Of a DNA stretch of 24,000 nt, positions 15,525 to 24,000 are shown in pieces (position 1 is the first letter of the stretch; every line of letters starts with the position of its first letter). The DNA is from Thalassospira sp. Its GTDB lineage: Bacteria > Pseudomonadota > Alphaproteobacteria > Rhodospirillales > Thalassospiraceae. Made by a program: the position numbers and the translations under genes. Below the pieces are notes generated by a model. It was given only the letters and a program-made list of their open reading frames with translations, was not told the DNA's origin and searched no databases. Location: contig NZ_JAVJRB010000004.1 in NCBI RefSeq assembly GCF_040218635.1, forward strand, positions 67,716 to 91,715, written 5' to 3'.

Positions 15525-16170
15525 GTTTTCATTGTGGGATATTGTCTATAACTTGCTGCTTGCCGGGCGCTGGACTGTTTTGCTGTCGCTGAGCGCCTTT
15601 GTTCTGGGGGGCTTGGTCGGTGTGGTGCTTTTGATGTTGCGCACGGCGGGCAACCCATGGGTGATCCGGCTTGTGCGCGGCTATGTCGAACTGTTTCAGG
15701 GCACGCCGCTTTTGATGCAGCTTTTCATCGTGTTCTTTGGCCTGCCTTTGATCGGGATTGATGTGTCGCCCTGGACGGCGGCGATCCTTGGCCTGACGCT
15801 GTTTACCAGTGCGTTTCTGACCGAAATCTGGCGCGGATGTGTTGAATCGATTGGCAAAGGCCAATGGGAAGCATCGGCCAGTCTTGGCATGGGGTTCACC
15901 CAACAGATGCGTTACATCATTCTGCCGCAGGCCTTGCGGATTGCGGTTCCGCCAACGGTTGGTTTTTCCGTGCAGGTGGTCAAGGGAACGGCCGTGGCAT
16001 CGATTATCGGTTTTGTCGAACTGACCAAGGCCGGCACCATGATCACCAACGCGACCTATGCGCCGTTTACCGTCTATGGCTGTGTCGCGGTGATGTATTT
16101 CCTGATTTGTTATCCGCTGTCGCTTTTTGCCGGTCATCTGGAAGGGAAGTTCCGTCATGCCGCTCGTTGA
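15517..16170 (+). CDS. Amino-acid ABC transporter permease (second subunit)
   Basis: GTPLLMQLFIVFFGLP and EASASLGMGFTQQMRYIILPQAL form the EAA loop. I prefer the ATG at 15517, which overlaps the upstream stop by 8 nt, over the TTG at 15502. Confidence 0.85.
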   Translation: MSEFSLWDIVYNLLLAGRWTVLLSLSAFVLGGLVGVVLLMLRTAGNPWVIRLVRGYVELFQGTPLLMQLFIVFFGLPLIGIDVSPWTAAILGLTLFTSAFLTEIWRGCVESIGKGQWEASASLGMGFTQQMRYIILPQALRIAVPPTVGFSVQVVKGTAVASIIGFVELTKAGTMITNATYAPFTVYGCVAVMYFLICYPLSLFAGHLEGKFRHAAR

Positions 16171-16885
16171 ACTGCACGCCATACATAAAAGCTTTGGCGC
16201 GCTGGAAGTCCTTAAGGGCATCGACCTTTCGATTGAAGAAGGTCAGGTCATTGCCCTGATTGGCAAAAGCGGGTCGGGCAAAAGTACATTGCTGCGCACG
16301 ATCAACGGGCTTGAGGCGATTTATGATGGCGTGATCATGGTTGGCGGTAAAAAGGTCAGCGACCGTGATTCCGATCTTTTGGCGTTGCGGCTTCAGGTCG
16401 GAATGGTGTTTCAACAGTTCAATCTGTTTCCCCATTACACCGCCCTTGAAAATGTCATGCTCTCCCCGCAGGTGGTGAAAAAGCAATCGAAAGCCGAGGC
16501 AAAAGAGATTGCCGAGGAAATGTTGGCCAAGGTTGGGCTTGCCGACAAGATGATGCATTACCCCGATCAGCTTTCCGGCGGCCAACAGCAACGCGTTGCC
16601 ATTGCGCGCGCCCTTGCGATGCAGCCCAAGGTTCTTTTGTGCGACGAAGTCACCTCTGCCCTTGATCCGGAACTGGTCAACGAGGTCTTGGCCGTTGTCC
16701 GTCAATTGGCCGAAGAAGGCATGACATTGGTGATGGTCACCCATGAAATGCGCTTTGCCCGCGAAGTTTGCGACAAGCTGGTCTTTATGCATCAGGGGCG
16801 CATTCATGAAACCGGCGATCCCGAAGAAGTGTTTTCCAATCCCAAAACACCCGAACTTTCCAGTTTTGTTGGCGGTCTTTCATAA
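16157..16885 (+). CDS. Amino-acid ABC transporter ATP-binding protein
   Basis: Walker [10 protein letters not shown], signature LSGGQQQR, Walker [12 protein letters not shown], and H-loop VTHEM are all present. The ATG at 16157 has GAAGGGA 9 nt upstream. Confidence 0.9.
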   Translation: MPLVELHAIHKSFGALEVLKGIDLSIEEGQVIALIGKSGSGKSTLLRTINGLEAIYDGVIMVGGKKVSDRDSDLLALRLQVGMVFQQFNLFPHYTALENVMLSPQVVKKQSKAEAKEIAEEMLAKVGLADKMMHYPDQLSGGQQQRVAIARALAMQPKVLLCDEVTSALDPELVNEVLAVVRQLAEEGMTLVMVTHEMRFAREVCDKLVFMHQGRIHETGDPEEVFSNPKTPELSSFVGGLS

Positions 16886-17006
16886 GTTTTCGATGATGGT
16901 TTTATGACATCTTTTCCGTAGTGATCGGAAATGTTTAACCATTTTCTGTTGAGCCTGTAGAACGTTTCCTTGATGCCGATAGGGGTGGATAAGGGATGTG
17001 CTGCAG

Positions 17007-18251
17007 ATGAAAGACGACGTCACCAATGAACTTGGAGAAGGCGGGACCAAACACCGTTCATCTGTCATCGCGATTCTGGATCGCTATCCCCTTTTGGTGT
17101 TGGGATTGCTTCTTGTCGGGGCGTTTACATCCTCCTGTGCGGTGCCCCTGGCCGGGCTTTATGTGGTTGAAGGTTTGGGGCAATCCCCCTGGAAGCTCAG
17201 CATGGTTGCCATCGTGCAGGTGTGCGTGACGTTGATCACCAACCGGGCCTTTGGCCGGGCGATTGACCGGGCTGTGCCGGTCAAGTTTTTGCTGGTGACC
17301 AGCATTGTGTGCTTTGGCACCGGGATGCTGATCCTTGGTGTGTTTCAAATCTATTGGGTTTATCTCGGTATCGTTTCGATCTTGCTCGGGATCGGGTCGG
17401 GGGCCTTGTCCGTGATGTATTCGTTTGGCCGGTTGTTTGCCGAACAAACCAACCGCGATGTCGTGAAGTTCAACGGGTTCTTGCGGATGCAGACGTCATT
17501 AGGCTGGATGGTGGGGCCTGCGGCGGCGTTGTCATTTTATGGCGTGTTTGGCTTTGCGGCGACCTATTACGGGATTGCCGGATTGTCGTTGATCTGGTTT
17601 GCCGCCTGTCTTTTGATTGTGCCGCATGCGTTTAAAACCCACCACCCCAACAGCCTTGAAACCGGGGTAAAAATTCCGTTCAATTTTGGCCTGTTGCAGG
17701 CCTGTATTCCGGTGTTTTTCATTGGCGCGGCCAATGTTGTGTTTGTTTCGGCCATGCCGCTTTACTTCTCGACCGAGATCGGATTGATCGCATCATCGGC
17801 GGGCTTTGCTTTGAGCGTTAAATGCCTGGTCGAAGTGGTGGCGATTTATTTCTGTGCATCGCTGATCAAGCGTGTGGGCGAACGCAAGGGCATGTTGATC
17901 GCATCGGTTTTGGCGGCGGTGTTTTTTGGCCTGATCTATCACGCCAGCAGCCTTGAGGATGTTTTACTTCTGGCTGTGCTGGACGGCATTTATTACGGCA
18001 TCTTTGCCGGGATCAGCATGACGTTTGTTCAGAATTTTGCCCCCGACCAACCCGGTGTGGCGACAAGTTATTATGTCAGCACGCTCTTTGTTGGCGGGCT
18101 TATTGGTAATCTTCTGACCGGTGTGGTCGCCAGCATCTTTGATTTCCAGACCACGGTTGTTTTGGCCTGTGGCTTTGCCTTGATCGGGGGGGTGGTTTTG
18201 ATGGGGATGCGCGATGCCAGACCTGACGAACGGGTCAGGGATGCTTCATGA
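17007..18251 (+). CDS. MFS transporter
   Basis: The roughly 414-aa ORF has about 12 predicted hydrophobic helices and an MFS-like loop (NRAFGRAIDR). I prefer the ATG at 17007 over the GTG at 16998. Confidence 0.75.
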   Translation: MKDDVTNELGEGGTKHRSSVIAILDRYPLLVLGLLLVGAFTSSCAVPLAGLYVVEGLGQSPWKLSMVAIVQVCVTLITNRAFGRAIDRAVPVKFLLVTSIVCFGTGMLILGVFQIYWVYLGIVSILLGIGSGALSVMYSFGRLFAEQTNRDVVKFNGFLRMQTSLGWMVGPAAALSFYGVFGFAATYYGIAGLSLIWFAACLLIVPHAFKTHHPNSLETGVKIPFNFGLLQACIPVFFIGAANVVFVSAMPLYFSTEIGLIASSAGFALSVKCLVEVVAIYFCASLIKRVGERKGMLIASVLAAVFFGLIYHASSLEDVLLLAVLDGIYYGIFAGISMTFVQNFAPDQPGVATSYYVSTLFVGGLIGNLLTGVVASIFDFQTTVVLACGFALIGGVVLMGMRDARPDERVRDAS

Positions 18252-18289
18252 AGTCTTGACTTTCACCGCGTCCCGGCGATGATCGCGCC

Positions 18290-18763
18290 ATGTCTGAGAT
18301 AGTTGAAAATAGTCGCCCGCGTTTGTTTGTTGATGCCGATGCCTGCCCGGTAAAGGTGGAATGCGAACGTGTGGCTGAACGTCACCGGATCGAGATGATT
18401 GTTGTCTCTAACGGTGGTATCCGCCCGTCGCGTAATCCCTTGATCCGAAATGTTATTGTGCCGCCCGAACCCGATGCGGCGGATGACTGGATTGCGGAAA
18501 ATGCCCGTGCGCGGGATGTGATCATTACCAATGATATTCCACTGGCCTCACGCGGGATTGAAATTGGCGCGCGGGTGTTAAAAGCCAACGGGCAGGAATT
18601 CACCGAAGCCAATATCGGTAATGCGCTGGCAGGCCGCGAGATCGCAGCCCATATGCGCGAAGTCACCGGTGAGCAGGGGCGTAATGCGTCCTTTACCCAG
18701 AAAGACCGGTCAAAATTTTCCAGCGCGCTTGAAGTTTTGGTGCAGGCGGTTTTGCGGGGTTAA
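18290..18763 (+). CDS. yaiI: YaiI/YqxD family protein (UPF0178/DUF188)
   Basis: It has the hallmark N-terminal LFVDADACPV motif and a size (157 aa) typical of the family. Confidence 0.8.
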   Translation: MSEIVENSRPRLFVDADACPVKVECERVAERHRIEMIVVSNGGIRPSRNPLIRNVIVPPEPDAADDWIAENARARDVIITNDIPLASRGIEIGARVLKANGQEFTEANIGNALAGREIAAHMREVTGEQGRNASFTQKDRSKFSSALEVLVQAVLRG

Positions 18764-18907
18764 TTCGTAAGATCGATGTTGCCTAACCTGAAACGACGCA
18801 GGCCGCCAATTCATTTAAGAACTGACGGCCTGCACACAGGTCCTGATTTGTAAGGGAACTAGAACAAATCAGGCTTCCCCCCTGCGTGTTCGGATATCCA
18901 TGGAATG

Positions 18908-18931
18908 CCGGGTGGGTGACCACCCGGTTTT
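18908..18931 (+). terminator. Rho-independent terminator
   Basis: CCGGGTGG-GTGA-CCACCCGG is a perfect 8-bp GC-rich stem followed by TTTT. It lies between the convergent yaiI and aldehyde dehydrogenase genes. Confidence 0.6.
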
Positions 18932-18945
18932 AAGGTGTTTGCGGC

Positions 18946-20403
18946 TTAGAACGGGTAGTGGCGTTTGCCGCTCTGGATCGTGATCCAGCGCATTTCGGTG
19001 AATTCATCGATCGATGCCTGCGACCCAAACCGGCCATAACCAGACGATTTGACACCACCAAACGGCATTTGTGCTTCGTCCTGAACGGTCGGGCTGTTGA
19101 TGTGGCAGATGCCGCTTTCGATGCGTTTGGCGACTTCCATCGCGCGCGGAATGTTGGTCGAGAAGACCGCAGATGACAGGCCATATTCGCTGTCATTGGC
19201 GATGCGCACGGCTTCGTCTTCGTTACCGGCACGAATAACCACACAGATCGGACCAAAGCTTTCTTCGGAATAGATCTTCATCGCCGGGGTGACGTGATCA
19301 AGCAAGGTGGCATCCATCAGAACGCCGTCTTTGGCCTTGCCCGAACCGGCAACCAGTTTCGCACCCTTGGAAACGGCGTCTTCGACCAGTTCTTCGATGC
19401 GGTTGATGGCCTCAACACTGACAACACCCCCAAGGATATGTTCGGCCTTGGCCGGATCGCCCGCGGTGAGGGTTTTGGTCTTGGCGGCCAGTTTGGCAAC
19501 AAAGTCATCAGCAACGGCGTTATCGACGATCAGGCGTTCGGTCGACATGCAAATCTGGCCCTGATTCATATAGGCGCCAAAGGCCGCACCATTGACGGCT
19601 TCGTCAATATCCGCGTCATCGAGAACGAGGAACGGTGCCTTGCCACCCAGTTCAAGCAGAACCGGTTTAAGATGTTCGGCACCCAGTTTGGCAACAATGC
19701 GCCCGACACGGGTGGAGCCGGTAAAGTTGATGCGACGCACCGCCGGATGGGCAATCAGGGTTTCAACGATTTCCGGGGCATCTTCCGGGGCGTTGGTGAC
19801 AACATTGACCACACCAGCCGGGGCGCCAGCTTCGACCAGGCATTGACCAATCAGGTGATGCAGGGCCGGGCACAGTTCGGATGCCTTGAGGATCACGGTG
19901 TTACCGCAGGCAAGCGGCATGGCAATCGCACGGGTGCCAAGAATAACCGGCGCATTCCAGGGGGCGATGCCCAAAACAACACCGACCGGCTGACGAATGC
20001 CCATTGCCATCAGACCCGGATGGTCAGACGGAATGATGTCGCCTTGAATCTGGGTGGTCATGGCACCGGCTTCGCGGAGCATGTTTGCTGCGAGATTGGC
20101 GTTAAAGCCGCCCCACATGCGCGTGCTTCCGGTTTCATCAAGAACCAGCTGACCGAATTCACCGGCCTTTGATTCCATAATGTCAGCAGCCTTTAACAGG
20201 ATCTTGCGGCGTGCGCCCGGACCCATTTTTGACCATTCCGGAAAGGCCGCGGCAGCCGCATCAGCCGCCTTGCGGGCATCGGCGGCACTGGCGGCGGCGG
20301 CAACGGTTGCCGTTTCACCGGTCACCGGGTTTTTGCGTTCAAACGTGCGGTTGTTTGAAGCGCTTACATCCTGATTGTCGATCAACAGTTTTACATCGTT
20401 CAT
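18946..20403 (-). CDS. NAD(P)+-dependent aldehyde dehydrogenase (aromatic-aldehyde/vanillin/salicylaldehyde-DH-like)
   Basis: The 485-aa ORF has ALDH motifs: ELGGKAP (catalytic Glu), NQGQICMSTER (catalytic Cys), FTGSTRVG, and PFGGVKSSGYGR. Confidence 0.9.
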   Translation of the reverse strand: MNDVKLLIDNQDVSASNNRTFERKNPVTGETATVAAAASAADARKAADAAAAAFPEWSKMGPGARRKILLKAADIMESKAGEFGQLVLDETGSTRMWGGFNANLAANMLREAGAMTTQIQGDIIPSDHPGLMAMGIRQPVGVVLGIAPWNAPVILGTRAIAMPLACGNTVILKASELCPALHHLIGQCLVEAGAPAGVVNVVTNAPEDAPEIVETLIAHPAVRRINFTGSTRVGRIVAKLGAEHLKPVLLELGGKAPFLVLDDADIDEAVNGAAFGAYMNQGQICMSTERLIVDNAVADDFVAKLAAKTKTLTAGDPAKAEHILGGVVSVEAINRIEELVEDAVSKGAKLVAGSGKAKDGVLMDATLLDHVTPAMKIYSEESFGPICVVIRAGNEDEAVRIANDSEYGLSSAVFSTNIPRAMEVAKRIESGICHINSPTVQDEAQMPFGGVKSSGYGRFGSQASIDEFTEMRWITIQSGKRHYPF

Positions 20404-20457
20404 GACGTTTCTCCTGAGTTTCTGATGGTCTGCTGTGAGGTGGCGAAAAGCGGCATG

Positions 20458-21174
20458 TTATGCAGCCCCAAGGCCAAGGAAGGCCTTTTGCACAGCAGGG
20501 TCGGATTGCAGGGCCTTGGCAGTGTCCTGCCCGGTGATGGCCCCGTTTTCGATCAGATATCCCCGATCTGATATGGCAAGGGACTGATGGGCGTTCTGTT
20601 CGACCAGAAGCACACCAACCCCGGTTTTACGAATGGCGGCAAGTGCCTTGAACAAATCACCGGTCATAATCGGCGACAGACCAAGGGAGGGTTCATCAAG
20701 CAACAGGATATCCGGGTTGGACATCAAGGCACGACCAATGGCGACCATTTGCTGTTCGCCGCCGCTCATGGTGCGGGCGGCCTGATCAAGCCGTTCTGCC
20801 AGTTTGGGGAAAAGATCAATCACACGTTCGAGATTTTGCTTTTCCGCCGCGCGGGCGCGTTTGGCAAAGGCCCCCAGTTCAAGATTTTCGCGCACCGTCA
20901 GTTCGCCGAAAATCCCGCGACCTTCGGGGACAAGGGCCAAGCCTGCCTCGACAATTTTATGGGCCGGAAGATCGGTAAGCTCGCTTCCTGATAAATTGAT
21001 GCTGGTGTCATCATGAGCGGTAACCAGACCGGCACAGGCTTTGAGCAGGCTGCTTTTCCCCGCACCATTAGCACCAAGCATGACAACGATTTCGCCACGC
21101 TGCACATTGACATCAACCCCGCGCAGGGCAGCATGTTTGCCATAGGAAACAGACAGGTTTTTAATTTCAAGCAT
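20458..21174 (-). CDS. livF: Branched-chain-amino-acid-type (HAAT family) ABC transporter ATP-binding protein, LivF-like
   Basis: MLEIKNLSVSYG..., Walker A GANGAGKSS, signature MSGGEQQM, Walker B LLLDEPS. I prefer the ATG at 21174, which overlaps the livG stop by 8 nt, over the track start at 21243. Confidence 0.85.
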   Translation of the reverse strand: MLEIKNLSVSYGKHAALRGVDVNVQRGEIVVMLGANGAGKSSLLKACAGLVTAHDDTSINLSGSELTDLPAHKIVEAGLALVPEGRGIFGELTVRENLELGAFAKRARAAEKQNLERVIDLFPKLAERLDQAARTMSGGEQQMVAIGRALMSNPDILLLDEPSLGLSPIMTGDLFKALAAIRKTGVGVLLVEQNAHQSLAISDRGYLIENGAITGQDTAKALQSDPAVQKAFLGLGAA

Positions 21175-21901
21175 GGCTGTCTCCAAGATAGGCGCGGACA
21201 ACTTCCGGGTCGGAAAGAACTTCATCAGGCGTGCCATCGGCAATCTTGGCCCCGGCGTTCATGACAACACAGCGATCACACAGGCTGCGGATGGCATCCA
21301 TGACATGTTCTACCATGATGATGGTCAGGCCTTCGTCCTTGAGTTTGCGCACAAGCGTGATGCCATCTTGAAGTTCCGAGGGGTTCAACCCGGCCAACCA
21401 TTCATCAAGTAACAGTAACTTGGGTTGCAGGGCCAAGGCACGACCCAGTTCCAAACGTTTTTGATCGATATAGGTCAGATCACCAGCAGGTGTGTGGGCC
21501 TGTTTGGCAAGACCGATCCGGTCCAGAAGGTCATGGGCTGCTTTATGGGCACTTTCACCCCAAAGCGGATTGTTGCGATAGGCAAGACCGGCTTCGATAT
21601 TTTCGATGCAATCAAGATCGGGCAGAACGCGCACCAGTTGGAAAGTACGTGCAACGCCGGAATGGCTGATTTTGTGAGCCGGAAGGCTTGTGATGTTTTT
21701 GCCGCCAATGACGACCTTGCCTTCGTCAGGTGACAGGGCACCCGATATCAGGTTCATCACGGTTGTCTTGCCTGATCCATTGGGGCCCAGAAGGCCGACA
21801 ATTTCGCCTTCATGGACATCAAACTGCATCTGGTTGACGGCAATCAATCCGCCAAAGGCCTTATGCAGACCATCAATCGACAGAAGAATTTGCGATGTCA
21901 T
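21167..21901 (-). CDS. livG: HAAT-family ABC transporter ATP-binding protein, LivG-like
   Basis: Walker A GPNGSGKTT, FGGLIAVNQMQFDV, and Walker B LLLDEWLAGL with LivG-style spacing. Confidence 0.85.
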   Translation of the reverse strand: MTSQILLSIDGLHKAFGGLIAVNQMQFDVHEGEIVGLLGPNGSGKTTVMNLISGALSPDEGKVVIGGKNITSLPAHKISHSGVARTFQLVRVLPDLDCIENIEAGLAYRNNPLWGESAHKAAHDLLDRIGLAKQAHTPAGDLTYIDQKRLELGRALALQPKLLLLDEWLAGLNPSELQDGITLVRKLKDEGLTIIMVEHVMDAIRSLCDRCVVMNAGAKIADGTPDEVLSDPEVVRAYLGDSHA

Positions 21902-22884
21902 GCTGCTTTCTCCTCTGACTTGGTGGTGCCATCTGTGCCGTTCGGCGGCGAAAGGGTGCGCTTTTTCGGCGCACGGTACTTTTCATAAAGTCCAAGCACA
22001 CCGCCGGGCAAAAGATAGACAATCACCATGAACACACAGCCCAGAAGGATGCTGAAATGGTTCGGGAAACTTGCGGTCAGAACTTCAAACAGCAAGGTCA
22101 GCGGAATAACCCCCAACAGCGGACCGAGTAACCGGCGCGGACCACCCAAAAGCGCCATAATGACAACCTGGAAGGACAGCATCGGGTTAAAGGCAATCAA
22201 GGGATCGATATAGGTCCAACGTGGCGCCATGATGGCACCGGTCAGGGTCATGAACAAAGCCGAGAGAACAAACAGGGCAACTTTGACCCGGGTAACATCA
22301 ATGCCGCAATGTTTGGCGACGGTTTCGTCTTCGCCAATGATGCGCAGCGCAAAGCCAAGCCGGGACCGGGCCAAGATAAAGCCGGTCAGAAGCAGGACGG
22401 CAAACAGGGCCAGCAACTGCCAGTAAATGTCGTTCTGGGTGATATCAAGAAAGACATAACGACCCATTTCGCGGGTGACATTGACTTCGTACCAACTGAC
22501 AACCTGACGCACCAGTTCGGTCAGGCCAAAGGTAAAGATCACGAAGTAAACACCGGCCAGCCGCAGGGTGGAGAACCCGACCAGAAGGGCAACGACCGTA
22601 CCGGCCAGTGCGGCACAGACAAGAACCAGCGGAAAGGCCATATGTTCGCCAAGAACGGCCACCGTATAGGCACCGATGCCAAAGAACACGACGGTTGCCA
22701 ACGAGATATAGCGCGTCGGGCCAGAGAACATTGACCAAGCGGTCGCAAGCACGGCAAAGCTGACCACACTGATGGCAAGCGACATATAGTAGTTGTCGAC
22801 AAAGTTCGGCAGGAAGGCAAGGGCGGCAAAGATTACGGCACCCAAGCCAACGGGCTTGATGAAGTCAGGTTTCAGGATGCTCAT
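21898..22884 (-). CDS. livM: HAAT-family ABC transporter permease, LivM-like
   Basis: The 328-aa polytopic membrane protein overlaps both neighbours by 4 nt, which is the typical livHMGF arrangement. Confidence 0.8.
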   Translation of the reverse strand: MSILKPDFIKPVGLGAVIFAALAFLPNFVDNYYMSLAISVVSFAVLATAWSMFSGPTRYISLATVVFFGIGAYTVAVLGEHMAFPLVLVCAALAGTVVALLVGFSTLRLAGVYFVIFTFGLTELVRQVVSWYEVNVTREMGRYVFLDITQNDIYWQLLALFAVLLLTGFILARSRLGFALRIIGEDETVAKHCGIDVTRVKVALFVLSALFMTLTGAIMAPRWTYIDPLIAFNPMLSFQVVIMALLGGPRRLLGPLLGVIPLTLLFEVLTASFPNHFSILLGCVFMVIVYLLPGGVLGLYEKYRAPKKRTLSPPNGTDGTTKSEEKAA

Positions 22885-23753
22885 GAAGATGCCCTCCCGA
22901 ACAGGCCGGATGGTTTGATCAGCAAGACCAGAAGGAAGATGACGTAAGTGACCGCAATGGTCAGGCCGGGATCAACATAGGTCGCGACCAGACTTTCCGC
23001 CACGCCAAGGATCAGACCGGCGATCAGCGCACCAAGCAGGTTGCCAACCCCGCCCATGATCACGACAATCAATGCCTTCATGGTAAAGACAACGCCCATC
23101 GATGTTGAGAAGGTCAGAAACATGCTGACCAGAACGCCACCGACAGCGGCCATTGCACCACCAAGGGCAAAGGCAAAGCAGGAGGCAAAATTAACATCAA
23201 TCGCAACCAGACGGGCAGAGGTCGGATCAACAGCAACCGCGCGAAGAGCCGTGCCAATCCGTGTTCTGGTCAGGATGACATAAAATCCAAGCCCGATAAC
23301 AACAGCAAAGCCAAGGGCAACCAGACGGTTGGCAGCAATCACTGCGCCAAACACATTCACGGCACCATTCATGAAGTCATAGCTGTAATAATTACCGCCA
23401 AACCAGACCAGCAACACGCCCTGAACAATGAACAGCAGGCCAAAGGTGGCCAGAATGCTGTCGACTTCAAGCATGCCGCGGTTCTTTGCCCGTGCGACCA
23501 GCGGGGTCAGCAGGATGCGATAGATCACCCAGTTCAGAGCAAAGCTTAGCGGGATAATGATCAGAAGACCGACAATCGGGTTAATCCCGAACGAGGTCAT
23601 GAAAACAAAGGCAATAAAGGATGCGACGATCACCAGCTCGCCATAGGCGAGGTTCATGATGCGCGATACTCCGTATTGCAGGGTCAGCCCCATGGCGACG
23701 AGTGCATACATGCCGCCAAGCGTGATCCCGGAAAATATTGCGTAGCTTAACAT
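22881..23753 (-). CDS. livH: HAAT-family ABC transporter permease, LivH-like
   Basis: The 290-aa ORF has the LivH-like N-terminus (GITLGGMYALVAMGLTLQYGVSRIMNLAYGE). Confidence 0.85.
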   Translation of the reverse strand: MLSYAIFSGITLGGMYALVAMGLTLQYGVSRIMNLAYGELVIVASFIAFVFMTSFGINPIVGLLIIIPLSFALNWVIYRILLTPLVARAKNRGMLEVDSILATFGLLFIVQGVLLVWFGGNYYSYDFMNGAVNVFGAVIAANRLVALGFAVVIGLGFYVILTRTRIGTALRAVAVDPTSARLVAIDVNFASCFAFALGGAMAAVGGVLVSMFLTFSTSMGVVFTMKALIVVIMGGVGNLLGALIAGLILGVAESLVATYVDPGLTIAVTYVIFLLVLLIKPSGLFGRASS

Positions 23754-23775
23754 TCAATTCTTCCCAGAGGGGTGT

Positions 23776-23813
23776 CGGGGTTCCCGCGCGGTTGTGCGTG
23801 CGCAGGAACCCCG
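23776..23813 (-). other. Intercistronic GC-rich stem-loop between the binding-protein gene and livH
   Basis: CGGGGTTCC (23776-23784) pairs with GGAACCCCG (23805-23813). There is no U-tract. This is the usual position of hairpins that set binding-protein versus permease stoichiometry. Confidence 0.4.
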
Positions 23814-23833
23814 GCTTTCCTTGTCAGCTGCAC

Positions 23834-24000
23834 TTATTGTGCTGCTTTCCATTCAGGTTTCGGGAAGACAAGTTCTTGTGCGCCTTCCATGCTGGTTGGG
23901 GCAACACCGACAAATTTGCCGTCCTGCCACTGGCCAACCTGCCAGAAATTCTGATCGCCCGGCTTATAGGTGCCCAGAATGGTGTCAAAGCCACCTTTGG
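23834..24000 (-). CDS. C-terminal fragment of a LivJ/LivK-type periplasmic substrate-binding protein (continues beyond the window)
   Basis: My own translation of the minus strand gives ...KGGFDTILGTYKPGDQNFWQVGQWQDGKFVGVAPTSMEGAQELVFPKPEWKAAQ*, with the stop at 23834-23836. This pattern is typical of type I SBP C-termini. Confidence 0.6.
   Translation of the reverse strand, partial: KGGFDTILGTYKPGDQNFWQVGQWQDGKFVGVAPTSMEGAQELVFPKPEWKAAQ

Overview
This looks like a proteobacterial, probably alphaproteobacterial, chromosomal segment. I estimate GC in the mid-50s % by eye and cannot verify taxonomy here. Genes are tightly packed and mostly housekeeping or transport. In order: the sarcosine oxidase gamma subunit at the end of a sox operon, a dienelactone hydrolase, an argE-like/nadK pair, a GntR-controlled polar amino-acid ABC transporter, an MFS transporter, a YaiI/UPF0178 protein, a DEAD-box helicase followed by cspA, and a Liv-type ABC transporter operon ending in an aldehyde dehydrogenase. 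Two modules stand out. (1) 3.5-7.4 kb holds a TetR regulator, a signal-peptide rhodanese and a YeeE/YedE sulfur-transporter-family membrane protein. An ATGA start/stop overlap couples YeeE to a 229-aa secreted protein made almost entirely of (A/G)xNPC repeats, with 32 Pro-Cys dipeptides. It contains a 138-bp higher-order tandem repeat whose two full copies differ only at synonymous sites. I do not recognise this protein family, and it sits where a YeeD/TusA partner is normally found. (2) 7.5-10.6 kb is a compact, apparently lower-GC three-gene island. It encodes an SsoII/EcoRII-style HTH-fused C5 cytosine methyltransferase, a Vsr T:G mismatch endonuclease, and a 444-aa protein coupled by a TAATG overlap. 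I read that protein as an EcoRII-N-like domain fused to an MvaI/BcnI (MutH-like) nuclease domain, which would make this a CC(N/W/S)GG-type restriction-modification system with an unusual nuclease architecture. I found no rRNA, tRNA, CRISPR array, transposase or integrase. All functional calls rest on motif recognition in the supplied translations, because no database search was possible.
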